Assembly (NCBI RefSeq): GCF_037042905.1
Contig: NC_087245.1
Location: 14,882,001 to 14,946,000 of the forward strand
Direction: 5' to 3'
DNA from: Lytechinus pictus
Lineage: Eukaryota
Length of the DNA: 64,000 nt
Positions within the stretch are counted from its first letter, which is position 1. Each line of letters begins with the position of its first letter. The notes beneath the pieces were generated by a model. It was not told where the DNA came from and searched no databases. It was given only the letters and a program-made list of their open reading frames with translations. The translations under genes and the position numbers were made by a program. Below, piece after piece: positions 26,755 through 39,254 of this stretch.

Positions 26755-27700
26755 ATCTGTCTCTCAAATTCTGAATTCCATGCTCGAATGCTTGCTTGGT
26801 GGATTCAGACGCAGGACATCATGGCAGGAATAATCAATCAGTCATGGAAGAAGCTTTCTGGATTTGTGAAGAATTCTCTCAGGCTGGAAACTCAGAAGTT
26901 GAACACTGCCCTCTCTGGTCACCTATCTGTACAACATGAGAGAAACAAGACAATGTCAAAGAAAGAGGATATACATACATGTAGAAAGCTCAAGCAACGA
27001 AATGGCCTTTATTTTTGTAACCATGAAAAGTACTATTTTGTATATTTTGCTAGTGTCGTGGAGAGACATCATGAAGAAAATATTCTCTTTGAATATTTCA
27101 TGCAACACTTGCCATTGTGACAGCTATGACTTTGGCATTCCTTGAAAGTTTATAAGAAGACAAATGGTTTTAATCACCACATTTACAAGCTGTATCATAA
27201 TGATTTATAGAGCTGCTTGAGCCAGAAGTTAAAAAGGTGGTTTTTAAAACCATGGCTTGAGATCAAAGGGCAATCAAGTTGAGTTTAAAACTTACATTCA
27301 GAAGGGGTACATTATTGAAAGAATAGTGTTTTATGAAATTGTGCTAACTTTATGTTTGTTACTTGTTGGTCGTGCACAATTTTGTAAAGAATACCCCATT
27401 TTGTACAATTTTATTTCAATTATGCAGTTGACTCCAACCATAGTCAAGCATTCTTTGACAAAATCATGCACTGATTGTTGGATCCTTAATCAAAGAACAG
27501 AACATAAACCACAGTTTCAAACCATATGTGATTTGGGGCCATAAAGTGCAGTTTAGGATTAATCCACAGAATTCCACTCCCACTGGAAAATCCCAAAATT
27601 AATTTGTCAATGTATGATTTCATTTAAACTCTTTAAGATTTGTATATTTTGCTTATAAATACTGTACACTTACAACAGAATCTTGTTATGGAGAACAACA
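26755..27700 (+). other. TMEM18: Probable non-coding 3' UTR exon of TMEM18 (end approximate)
   Basis: Donor GAG|GTAACA 4 nt after the stop (24197) and strong acceptor TTTTCTCTTTTCAG at 26754; repeat-poor sequence follows. Confidence 0.5.
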
Positions 27701-28234
27701 AAGCTCTATACAGTGAGAAATTAGTGTGAAGTCAATTAATTTATCATGTTATACCAAGAACACCCTCGATGTCAGGTTTAGAATGAAAAGCAGTCTTGTT
27801 ATATCAGGAAGTGGCTTTATTAGTGGGCTTTTTCGCAAAGGATAAGAATTTTGGTAGCATGTGGTATGTAACACAATACATGAATTGGTTAGTAATACCT
27901 ATGATGAGACTGTGTTAATGAATTACATGTATACACAATTACAAGTAATTTATTTCTTTGTGAAGTGATAGGTTTTCCACCGTAAAATAGGGTTCAACAT
28001 TTTTAAGATCACAATGTGGTACCTTAGACTGTCATATAAGAGGTTTTTATGTTCTAGCCCAGTCGTCATTAAATTCCAACTAACATCTGTATTTCATATA
28101 TTTATCATTACTAAGTTATAACATTGAAATAATAGTATTGTGCTGACAGTATTCAGGACAGATGAAACAATGAATATTTTGATTCACTTGACTACAAATC
28201 ACACCAATTTTAATAAAAATATGACATACCAGGT

Positions 28235-28402
28235 GGGTGTTTCATAAAGCTGCTTGTAAAGTTACGCACAACTTTACGAACGACTGGAACATGTTCTTAT
28301 GTCCTAAATGAATGACATAGGGATGAATCATTTAGTACAAGAAGGGGTCACCAGTCATGCGTAAAGTCATTTTTATCTTATGAACAGCTTTATGAAACAC
28401 CC
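28235..28402. mobile_element. Harbinger-like MITE
   Basis: GGGTGTTTCATAAAGCTG / CAGCTTTATGAAACACCC perfect 18-bp TIRs. Confidence 0.75.
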
Positions 28403-29788
28403 ATAGTTTGTTACTGTTCACACCAAAGATGTGATTTTCACTTGGAAGACATCCAACTTCTGTGTATGTTTGTATATGTTCAACAAGTGTTTTTAATTTC
28501 AGACCTAAGAATCATGGGTTTGGCATATGATGATTAAAAACAAAGTTGTGGGTTATAATGGTCATGCAATAATCATGATTGATAGACATTAAGATGATGA
28601 AAGGGTAATTTTATATATGTGTCTCCAGGAATCAATATTGAACATGTTAGAGTCGACCAAAGTCTTTATCATGTTTATGAGTTAACCTTTTATGACAAGA
28701 TTCCATACTTAGTGTCAAAGATGACTTTGGGGATGTAAAGTATCCAAGAAAATGCAAATTTTCAGCAAACTTTGTTTTTTGTTTATTAAAATGACACATG
28801 CTTTTCATAGTCTGGGTTTTAACAAAAAAGTGCTTTAAACTGGTGATTATTCGATTGTGAAAGGTCAACTTTGCAGACCTAATTTTAAATGTACAAAATA
28901 TCCAAATTGTACTCGAACACCATTCATATTGAAGAGTAATTTTACTCTCTTTTTTCAGGTGTACTTATTTTATTTAATTATTTTCATATCCACAATTTCT
29001 TTGTAAGGAGCTATGTTTGTGAACATGGAGTTCATTAATTTATTAAATATGATGTCAATAATTACATCAATATGTTTTCATTTAAATTTCTTTGTCAACT
29101 TTGTGCCATATCCTAATTTTCCTTTTGGGTTAAGGGGATGAATTTCGTGACTGTCGAAATGAGATTAATGGTTCAGATGAGATTTGAGGTGTAATGAATC
29201 TCTTTCTAGTGTATAATCAACAATACAACATTTTAGACAATCTATGACTATCCCAAAGATTTGACATTGTCTGCTAGAAGCATTCTCTATGGTATCTTGA
29301 TAAAAAATTACACATGGCCCTGGTAAATACATAGAGTCCCAGGAAATCCTCATTTACTTTATCATTAAGGCTTATCCAAAGTTGCAGATTTAGGCAGTAG
29401 GTTTAGAAAAGTTGGTTTGTAACCAAAATGAAAGATTGTGTTACTTCTTCAGAAAAAAAATCAAAGGAGCAAGTGAAGTGAAGTTTGAACAAATCGGACA
29501 GAGTAATGATTTCATGAAGTAGTAGAAAGTTGTAATCACTGTACTTATGGGAAGTGGAAATTACATCTGTTTTAAATGAGGATGTAAAACAATATGATAT
29601 CTATGTAAATGTTATACTTTGATTACTGCCCTGAGGTAAAAGATGCTTAGGAGAAAACCAGAGAGTCCTGATTATTATTATGTACATGAATGGGAAAGTT
29701 ATGCTACCATTCGTCACAATCTACCCATCATTTTGCTCATTTGAGATTTGCATAGTCAGGTGATCTAATTCTATTCAAACAGCAATAT

Positions 29789-30287
29789 ACAAATAGCGAA
29801 TAGGCATGAGTGCGATGGTGCGAGATTTCGCATGAGGTGAAAGAAAGATGCTCTATTCAACGAGTTGAATAGAGTGTTTCTTTCTTTCACCGAATGCGAA
29901 ATCTTGCACCATTGCACGAATAAGAATATTCGCTATTTGTGTTGTACAACGCCTCGGAGTTTAGCGAATTTATGAAAAAACTAAGAGTTTTTCCTGCAGT
30001 AATCTATGAAAAGGGAGCAAAAATATGAAAAGCGAAAAGCAAAATCCCACAAGCGAACACCTCGGGCAGCATTGCGCATTTAGCCAGCAGGCTATACGCG
30101 TATTGCACCTGCATTTTTACTGAGCGCAATGAATTGAATCGTATTGTGACGTCACCTCCTAAAGCCGTGCAACGGTACATTATGGACGGTACATTTTGGA
30201 TGGTACGTCTTTTGTGCAACGGTACGAATGTTTGACATTCAGCCTCCCATTTGCTCGCGTACAACAAGCTAAGTAGGCGTTGTACAA
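29789..30287. mobile_element. Double-inverted-repeat non-autonomous element (possibly Crypton-like)
   Basis: ~150-bp palindrome 29789-29940 followed by TTGTACAACGCCT (29942), which is inverted at 30275-30287; CpG-rich against CpG-poor flanks. Confidence 0.6.
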
Positions 30288-30920
30288 TAAATTTTGTATT
30301 CCTTGTCCGATTATTTTCAAATTTCAACCCATTTGTTTTTCTGATAAAACTCTCCCAATTCCTCTCATTTTCCAAAGTGATTGTAATAAATGACTTCCAT
30401 TTTAATATAAATATTTTTAGTTGAACTTGTTATAGAGTAGTTAACTATGAATGAAGTCCCCCGTTTCCCCTTTCTCAAAAGAAATTTCTGTTGTTCATCA
30501 TTCTAAAATTCAAATTATATTTTCTTCAACAAAATGTGCATAGCAATTTTAAATATCAAAATATGTTTTTAAAAATGACATTATACACAAAGCATTCCAA
30601 TCAATTTTGCTTTATATTTTCATGAATGATTTAGTCTCATTCGGTAATAGACATTTTGCCCCCCCCCCAAAAAAAAAAAATGTAGTTCAATATACAATTA
30701 AATTTGGTGTTCCTGCCAAAGTCTGAAGTTTTTCTGTTTTATCATAGAAAACTGGGGACCTAGAATTAAAGTAACCCATTGCTTGTAGAAATTCAATCAT
30801 CACTCAGAAACTTGTTACAATAATATATTTACAATTTTTTAAATCCTATTGACTCCAGGAGCCTGTTTCATAATGAGTTGTTACCATTGTAACTTGGCTT
30901 TTTAGTGGTAATATCACTAA

Positions 30921-31140
30921 GGGGGTGTTGCAAGAAAATATTTGCAATCAATTGCAAATATTCTGTTGCAATTTTACAATTGAATGATCAATATTAGCTG
31001 TAGCAAATCAGATTACACTCCTTTTTTCAAAAAGAAGATTAGCAATCAGTTTGCAAATTTGTAATTAAGTGCATGACATATGATTGATTTAGGGACTGAA
31101 ATTATACTTGCAATTGATCGCAAGTTTCTTGCAAGGCCCC
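30921..31140. mobile_element. Harbinger-like MITE
   Basis: GGGGTGTTGCAAGAAA / TTTCTTGCAAGGCCCC TIRs. Confidence 0.65.
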
Positions 31141-32996
31141 ATTAGTCTGTAAGTTTAAAAGTTGTTTATGAATCATATTTTCATTTAACAAAGTGCAAAA
31201 TAATGTATACAATTAGACCATCTGGCCATTAGAATTATTGAGAATTAGACTAATTGGGTATTAGTAGACCAAGTGAAGTGTGGATTGAATTGGTAGTAGA
31301 CCAAATGACTTTAGCCCATGTGGTTTTAGATGTACCATGTAGACCAAATGCTTGTAAACCATTAAAGGTAATCCTGGGCCCCGTTTCATGAAACTTTATA
31401 TAATGACAAATTTGCAATAATAGTTAACAAGCTTCTGACTGGCTGATAGTGAATAGAAATTGTGCATTTGTCATTATAACAAGTCTTTATGAAATGCGAC
31501 ATTCTTCACATTTATCATGGGGGTTTTGTGCTCACACACTAAGGTTAATATTAAAAGTTGAATGCCTGAGGAATATCTACCAAAAAAAAAGGTTTCGTCA
31601 TAAATGTAGGTATTGTTAGTTTCTAATCCCAAACGTCCCATCCACAATAAGAAGATCTTATATGAATACATCAAATCACTTTATCAATATTTTTCTTCAA
31701 CTAAATGCAACTTTGTAATTTCTTAAATAATCCCCCCCCCCTAAAGAGTATTCAGGGTGTTAAATACCATTCTAAATTTGCAATATATGATTTATGAATC
31801 AGATACCTAATTGGGAATTAAAGAGGCTGTCTTATATACCATAAAGGTCAATGGTGCAACCAGTTAGGAATAGTAAACTTCAAACAATTGCACAAAAATC
31901 ACCCCTAAAAATACATCATTTCTGGTAATATCTTTTCAGCATATCAATGAATTACAACAGACTTATATACTAAACCATGTGTGGTTGAAAATTTTGAAAC
32001 CATAAGAGTTCATGCTTATTTCATTTTGAGAATGATATGACTGGCCCTTATACACACTCACCATTCTTTCAGTGTCAGTCTGTCTACCAAAACCTTCCCA
32101 CTATATGCAAGCAATGCAGGTGGACAAAAAAGGGAGAGAGGAATGCAGAAAGCACCACAAAGTCCATAAGCATTAAAAGTGTAATACAAAAGTTTGTATG
32201 ATACTTTTGAACCAATCACCGTAATAGTCAACAAAAAAGAATTGTTTCATGACAAATTAAAAGAATATAAGCACAGGCTACTAAGAAAACCTGATTAGTT
32301 TGCATGGGAAAGCGATTTCTGCAGAGAAAGCACAATGAGTGACATAATTGTTATAGATAAAAGTTTGAATTATGATTTTGAAATACATTACAAGAAAATG
32401 AAAAAATAATTTTATATAACCTGTGGATCATTCGGAATTATAGACACGACTATATACCAATGGGAGAAAGTTATGTGATAGGAACGTACAGAAAATGCTT
32501 TAGAAATTGTATACTGATACAATGTTTTATGCAGCAGTATGCCCCATTTAAATTGAATTAATATATCTGTTAACATTTTTTGTGAGTCTTGACTAAGATC
32601 CAGCACTTTCCTGCGGCCTATGATAGTTCATTAACTGCTGGTTGTCATCCTTATTGGGCTTATAAAGCATTGAAATTATCTACCTCCGCTCATGAAGATA
32701 TGATAAATTAATTATGACTTCTCATACAGGCACGGATCCAGTAGGCATGTGCACCCCCTCCCCTCCCTGTAGCCCATATCCCCCTGTTTATGACATGTCC
32801 CCCGTTTTGAAAGTGAGAGCCATTTATCTTTCAGGGAACGAAAGCAATATTTTTGAGCTAGTCAGATTTTTTTAGGGGAAAGGAGGCTTTTTATGTGCCC
32901 CCCCCCCCCCCACATTTACGAATTCATGAACAATGTTAACCCATCAGTCTCAACATTGAATGTACAGTCAATGTCTCATATAAATTTTATTATATC

Positions 32997-33082
32997 CTAC
33001 AACCTCGAACGAATAATATACCCGCTATACTTCCTCAAATCCTGGTATATTTGTATAATGTAATTGGAGATGTCGTGCCTGT
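32997..33082 (-). CDS. Probable terminal exon of the uncharacterised membrane protein gene
   Basis: Acceptor CTTTTCTTTCAATGATATAG; phase-1 match to donor AAA A|GTAAAT at 36624; encodes NRHDISNYIIQIYQDLRKYSGYIIRSRL*; AATAAA a few nt after the TAG. Confidence 0.5.
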
Positions 33083-34092
33083 CTATATCATTGAAAGAAA
33101 AGGGTTAAAAATGACGTCCCGATTTTTGGCAAAGTATCATAACTCGGCATGTGGTCGCCATTGCATTCAAATAATAAAAGAAATAGACGGGGATGAATAG
33201 AATTATTGAGGCATAGTCAAATTCGGACCGAAAAATATCATTCATTTCCAATGTTTATTTTGTCTGACAGACATTACATCAAACTCATGTATGAAATTAA
33301 ACCGCTTCTCACGCAGAGAAACATATACATATACTACCCGGGTATATCATCTGAAAAGTATGGTTCCAAAGCTGATAGATTTAGTAGTCAAGGCAATTTA
33401 TTATTTCAAGTTGGTGCCTCGATGATGTTCACTATATTTTTCTTCTAAAATCGGGGGAGAAAGGGGATACGTCCGGGGCAAGCGGAGAAAATCGTCAATT
33501 TATCCACCAATAATAAGAGCGAGCAACTCCCGTTTCACATATAAACAATATTGTTGCCAAAAGAAATGAACAAGAAGGAACAAAAAATTGTAATGCCTTT
33601 TACTCTAATGATCGCGGCGATATAATTAGTTCAGATGTATGTTAATTTTCAAAGGGGAAATTACTATTTATTCAAGATATATCTTTTTCGTTCGTTCTTC
33701 AAATATAATGTTTCTCCAACAAATTATGAATTGGACTGAAAGATATTCTAACGTCAATTATCATATCCCCGGGGCCGTGGCAGGTACTCGGGCAGGTACT
33801 CAGATTTGGTTCTGATGAGGGCGTGCCACCAAAGACACAAAAATCCAAACCATTTTCAGGGATCAATTCAGCGGGAAAAGGTATTACCTGTAATGAAAAA
33901 AAGTTTTTCTGTGCACTTTAGCGACGGAATGGACGAAACTGTCAAGTTCAAACATTAACATTAAAAAATCACACTCGATGTTTAATGCTTAGGGAATCTT
34001 TAATTGTCCGATAACCACATCCTTTGTTCAGAACTTATGGCGAAAAGGTCACCCGCCGAAACAACAGACTCCCGTATATCACGCAGGGTGAG

Positions 34093-36474
34093 CAGGGGCG
34101 GAAATCTCTCCCAAAAGGTAGGGGGGACACAGGGGCGGATCCAGCCTTCGCCAATAAGGGGTGGGCGGAAATTTGTTTCAGCCATATTTTCCCCGATCGG
34201 CAGCTCGAAGATGATTTTTGTTTGTTTCTTTGAAGGGGTAGTCCTCATTAGTCACTTCTTAGCTTTATTCTTATAAATTAATATATAATATCATAATCCT
34301 TATTTATATGGTGCGAGCGCGAAGCGCGAGCTAATTTTTTGGGAAATTTTATGTATTTTTTCCTAAAATTTGATTATTCTGGGCAATGTTTGTTATCCTG
34401 AAAAAATGTGTATGCAACTTAATAATTACTACAAACGCAAAGCGCGAGCAGAAATGAACTGATGGAAAAGATACCTGTTAAAGACTGCGTGCAGTTAGCA
34501 TTTAACAATCAAATATTTTCGAGCGCGAGCTGATTTTTTTTGACATTTTCACCTAAAGAATGGAAATTCTAAGCACTTTTTGTAACTCAAGCAGAATAGG
34601 CATATACGTCAACAATTAATGCGAGCGCGAAGCGCGAGCGGAAAATTTCGAGATTTAGTACTATAATATTTACTGAACGAGACACTCTATTCATGTTTTG
34701 TAAATCCTGAAAAGGATGAGTATTAAGAATGCGAGCGCAAAGCGCGAGCAGAACAATTTTATATACGTTTTGAACTGGTACCAGTTGAAAAGGTACCTGT
34801 GAAGGACTGCTTGCACTTAGCCATGAAGGCGTTACATATTTCAGCAATGAGCGCGAAGCGCGAGCTGAAAATTTTTGAACTTTCTAAAGAAAGAATGGAC
34901 AATTTTAATCAGTTTTTGTAATCGTGAACAGGATAGGAATATCATTTGACGATTGATGCGAGCGCAAAGCGCGAGCTGAAAAAAATTCGAGATTTAGCCC
35001 TAAAAATGGGCCACTCTGTTCATGTTTTGTAAATCATCAAAAGGATGGGTAATATGGGGTCTTCCTACATTAAGAATGCGATCACAAAGCGCGAGCAGAA
35101 AAATTTTGATATTGTGATCTGAAACTGGATAATGATTTGAATTAGAGAACAAGTTGAGTATCTGAATAAACATGCGCGAGCGTGTTTCATATTTAGACCT
35201 AGAATCTAGGCATTCTAAATACAACTTTAATCATGAAAATCATGAAACTTTGATATTCCGATCTGAAAAAAGAGTCAATTTCAGCTTTATATTTCAAGCA
35301 CTTTGTATAAAAATTGTAAGGTGGATATGGATCGCACTTAAAAAAGAGCTGATATTATTATTACTTTGAGTTTTGACATAGGACCGGGACATCCTTACGA
35401 CATGTCATCATATGAAAATGATGACTATCCTCCTATTCCTCTTGCTAAGCGCGAGATGAAACAAAAGGGACAATTTCATTATTAAATTAATATCATATTG
35501 ATCATAATGAGGGCGCGAAATCTGATGATATCATGGCATAAAAACTGGACATTTCACTTTTGTGATTATAAATAGGATGCATCAGTTAATATATTTCTAA
35601 CCATTAATGCGAGCACAAATCGCGAGCTGAAATTTTTGATAAACTGTAATGAAAAGGGGATTTTAAGTAGTTTGTTGTATAATCAATATTGAAACATTTA
35701 TATAACTCGCCAATCAAAATGCGAGCGTGCAGCGCGCTAGCTGATACGTCTTGACAATCAGACCTGAAAAGGGATATTTTGAAAACTTTATTAAATACAC
35801 GAAAATAATAGGTACCTGATAAATCAAAATTTGCGAGCGCGCAGCGCAAGCAGCAAATGTTAACATTCAGACCATAAAACTGACATTTTTACAAAGCACT
35901 TTTTAAAAACCAATTTGTAAATTACACAAAATAATGAATGTTCGATTTCCGAGGTGAAATATGTTTTGTATATTGACTTCCAAACATGATATTCGAACTC
36001 CATATTGAACAAGATATGTTAATCACATAACAGGCAATGCGAGCGCGAAGCTTGAGCGAAAATTTTATATGGTGGCACGAAATATTCTTTTTATTTTCCA
36101 AGTCTTCCCCTCATCTTATTTTAAGCACTCGTCGTCCTTCTCTTCTTTTTCTCCTCTCTTTTCCCTCTTTTTCCTTCTTTCTTTCCCTTTTTTCTTTTTT
36201 TGCTCCGCCAAGAGGGGGGGGGGGGGGCTTCGGCCCCCGGATTCGCCTATGGGGACAAGGGGCGGGAAAATTTGACAAGCAAAAAAAAGGTTATCATCGC
36301 CAAAGTAAGGTCATCTTGTCCCAAAATACATGTTTTATTTCGATTTAGAATGATGTATTTCTTACCATCATAAAAGACCAAAATAGTAGGGGGGACATTT
36401 GATATTGTGTCCCCCCTACTATTTTGAGTAGGGGGGACACGTCCCCCCTGTCCCCCCTGGGATTTCCGCCCATG
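34093..36474. mobile_element. hAT-like MITE (8-bp TSD) hosting a nested 2.1-kb element
   Basis: CAGGGGCGGAAATC / GATTTCCGCCCATG termini; AGGGTGAG at 34085-92 and 36475-82. Confidence 0.85.
34130..36251. mobile_element. Non-autonomous TIR element with periodic GCGAGCGCGAAGCGCGAGC motifs
   Basis: CAGGGGCGGATCC / GGATTCGCCTATG termini; GGGACA duplication; motif recurs about every 115-120 bp in the left half. Confidence 0.8.
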
Positions 36475-36610
36475 AGGGTGAGTATTGCCCCCGTCCCAGG
36501 TCAAATCTTAGGGAATCGTGAAAGGACTGGTATAATTTGCGCCGCCCCCGCCCCCACCCCCCTGCCGTACACCCTAACATACGGTCGGCAAAATCATCCA
36601 GATATGTATA

Positions 36611-38798
36611 CTATCCATATTTACTTTTGGTGACGATGACGAGAGAGATGATGACAGCAGCGACGACGATTAGAAGGATCATGAGAAATGAAATGATGAA
36701 GATCATATTTCTTCGGAACCTTTGCTTCTTTTTAATGACAGCCATGCCTGCGTCGAGGTCAGGATCGACTGGCATTGAAATCTGGGCTTCACCCTCGCCG
36801 TCGACCTGGAAAAAAAAGAGGAAAACTGGTACTGCTACTTCGTAATATATATATTTTTGTGGGGAGATCATCTAAATTATGTAATTACTAAAGTGAGTCA
36901 ATTTCACTGTTGATTTTAATTTAACTACCGCAGTACTTGCGAAAAGGGGTTTGGTTTACTTTCCAAAATACATGCATGGTTAACAAAATAATTTCCAGTT
37001 TTTAAACACAATTTTTTTTCTTTAACCACTCCCCCCCCCCCCCTCCTCGGCTCTCTTTCTTAAGGTGAACGCAAGAAATAATATCTCGTTACTATATAAC
37101 GATGACTATGGAAAATTTTCCAATTCATGAAAATCCAAAGTTATCATAAGACTTATTACCTCCATTTATCAAGGTGATTCTATGGAGAAACGTGGTATGA
37201 TTTCTCTCTCTGAAAATCTATTGAATCAAAAGTCATATTGTAAAAGATACTACCCCTCCCTTCATTCCAGTGGGGCTAAGCCTGAAAAAATGAGGATGGG
37301 TAGCTGGCAAATGGGCCTTCCAAGTTTACTTTATGGAATCACCTCGGTAACCTTAAATATTTGACAGTACTTTAACCGTGCGTATCAACCCTGCCCCCTC
37401 TATCTAAATCACACTCCGTTGCCGTCTCCCTTTTAGGGTTCTCAGCTTTTCAAGAAAAACTAATTCCCTGATAATTTATTTAAACCCATTCCCAGTTTTG
37501 CGTGTTTTCTAAGTTGTTGCAGTGAATTACATGTAATTTCAGTATAAAAACAATAATGTAAAACTAATTAATACTATTACACTGGCATGTAATGGCCTCC
37601 CTTCTCCCCATACAGCCATCCTTTCCTCACCTTCCACAGAAAGAGGCTGATTTAAGGCAAACCTATCATTAAATTACAACAAAGACGCAACTTTGATATG
37701 CAACAAAATATAACAGAGTCTGACTGACTACCGTGCTTTCGACTTTTGGGCCGATGAAAATCCCCTGACTTTTCCCTCATTTGAAGCATTTTCTCCTGAT
37801 TTGATGTTTTTTTTAATCAAATTCCCTGATTTTTCCCTGACAGGAAAAAAAAGTAAAATAGTTTTCCCTGATGGGCTGGGAACCTTGCCTTTAAATAAAA
37901 ATCATACCTCTCCAGGAACCATTGTCGGTTGACCATCTATACTCCTGACGCGAGTCAGAATGATCCCTGAGCCACCTGAGCTGTTGGGTCTGGTGACGAC
38001 ACCATCATTCTCATTCTTCGTCGAGGACGTCGTCGTCTCGTCAACCTCGGAACTATGCTCTGTTTTCCGTATAAGCAGTATCCCATCGTCATCTTTCTTT
38101 TCCGTCCCTGCATATTTCGGACGTGGTGTCGCCGGGATTTCAAGACTTGCATCAAGTCGTGTATGGGTCCTTATTGTTTTCGAATTAGGTCCTGGCCCTT
38201 GAGTCAAGTCTAATTTCTTCGCGATGGACGACCCTGGCAAAGGTGCTTGCCGTTTCGATAGTGGTTGAGGTGAAACTGTTCGGGATCGACCATCGCTTGT
38301 ACTTTCAGACGGATTAAGAATTACATCTGATGTTCTTAATGGTGTTGATGAATGAATACTGGCTTTGTTTTCAGAAATGCATCCCAAAGCATTTTCCGTT
38401 CTGTCATCTTCTGAATGTCGATGATCCAACTCGGCGTAAATAGGATCTCGACCCTGTCCAACAGTTTTGCCATTCGTCAAACCAATGCGACTTGCCGTCC
38501 CTGGAGAAACCATGGAGGATGCCGACGACAACGATTGACCTGTGGCTGGGGTTGATGACGGCGAGTCAACGTCCTCCTCCTCTTCTTCCACAAAGTTAGC
38601 GGCTGGAATCCTAGCATAGGGGCGTGTCTGTATACTACTGTGTCCCTGAGCGGGTAATGCTGATAATGGTGGGGGTCGAGGGGCGTTGAGCTCTTTTTCT
38701 GAGGCTGGGACCAGTGCCGGTTGTTGAAGACCTGGGGTTTCGGCATAGATGTGTAGCCTACGATTATATTCATCGTCGGGTAAATTGCGGTCCCTCAT
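36611..38798 (-). CDS. Uncharacterised single-pass membrane protein; exons 38798..37908 and 36805..36611 (or ..36625 spliced to 33082..32997)
   Basis: 297-codon exon ending GAG|GTATGA, spliced in phase 0 to TTCCAG|GTCGAC; S/P/T/E-rich disordered region, basic patch KKKQRFRRN, then hydrophobic MIFIISFLMILLIVVAAVIISLVIVT; family not recognised. Confidence 0.8.
37434..37887. mobile_element. hAT-like MITE with apparent 5-bp TSD
   Basis: TAGGGTTCTCAGC / GCTGGGAACCTTG imperfect TIRs; CCTTT on both flanks; subterminal TTCCCTGA repeats. Confidence 0.6.
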
Positions 38799-39254
38799 CT
38801 ATATAAAATAAAAAAAGAAAACAAAACTTTATACTATTAATATGTCTATGTATATTTTTTTCCATTTGATATTTCTTTTCAATTTTTGTTCACTTCTGCT
38901 CAGAACTTAAACTATCGCGCAAGTAATGTAAATCATACAATATGCCCAAGTATTAATACAATTTGCCAGGGCTCTAGGATACACTCTGTGAGCCTCGCAA
39001 AAAAAAATATATGCCTACAAACAATCGAAATTGAGACACGAGGTCCTTGTGGTTCAGAAACAGAAACACATTTCGGATAAAAGGCGATAAAATAGTCTAA
39101 AAATAATATTGAACAATACTAATACTGAACAACCTTTTTTTTTCATATTAATAAGTTAGTTCTCTATTTAAAACATTCGTTGTGCTTACATACATACACT
39201 TTGGTAAAATGAATAGTATATCATGCATATGCCTATTTTCATAGATGAAAGGAG

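Noticed and set aside
26734..27120. 128-aa ORF as an additional gene
   Set aside because: Begins across a splice acceptor, no recognisable domain; better explained as TMEM18 3' UTR
34310..36060. CRISPR-like regularly spaced palindromic repeats
   Set aside because: Eukaryotic context, no cas genes, spacers are related to each other, and the array is bounded by TIRs and a TSD
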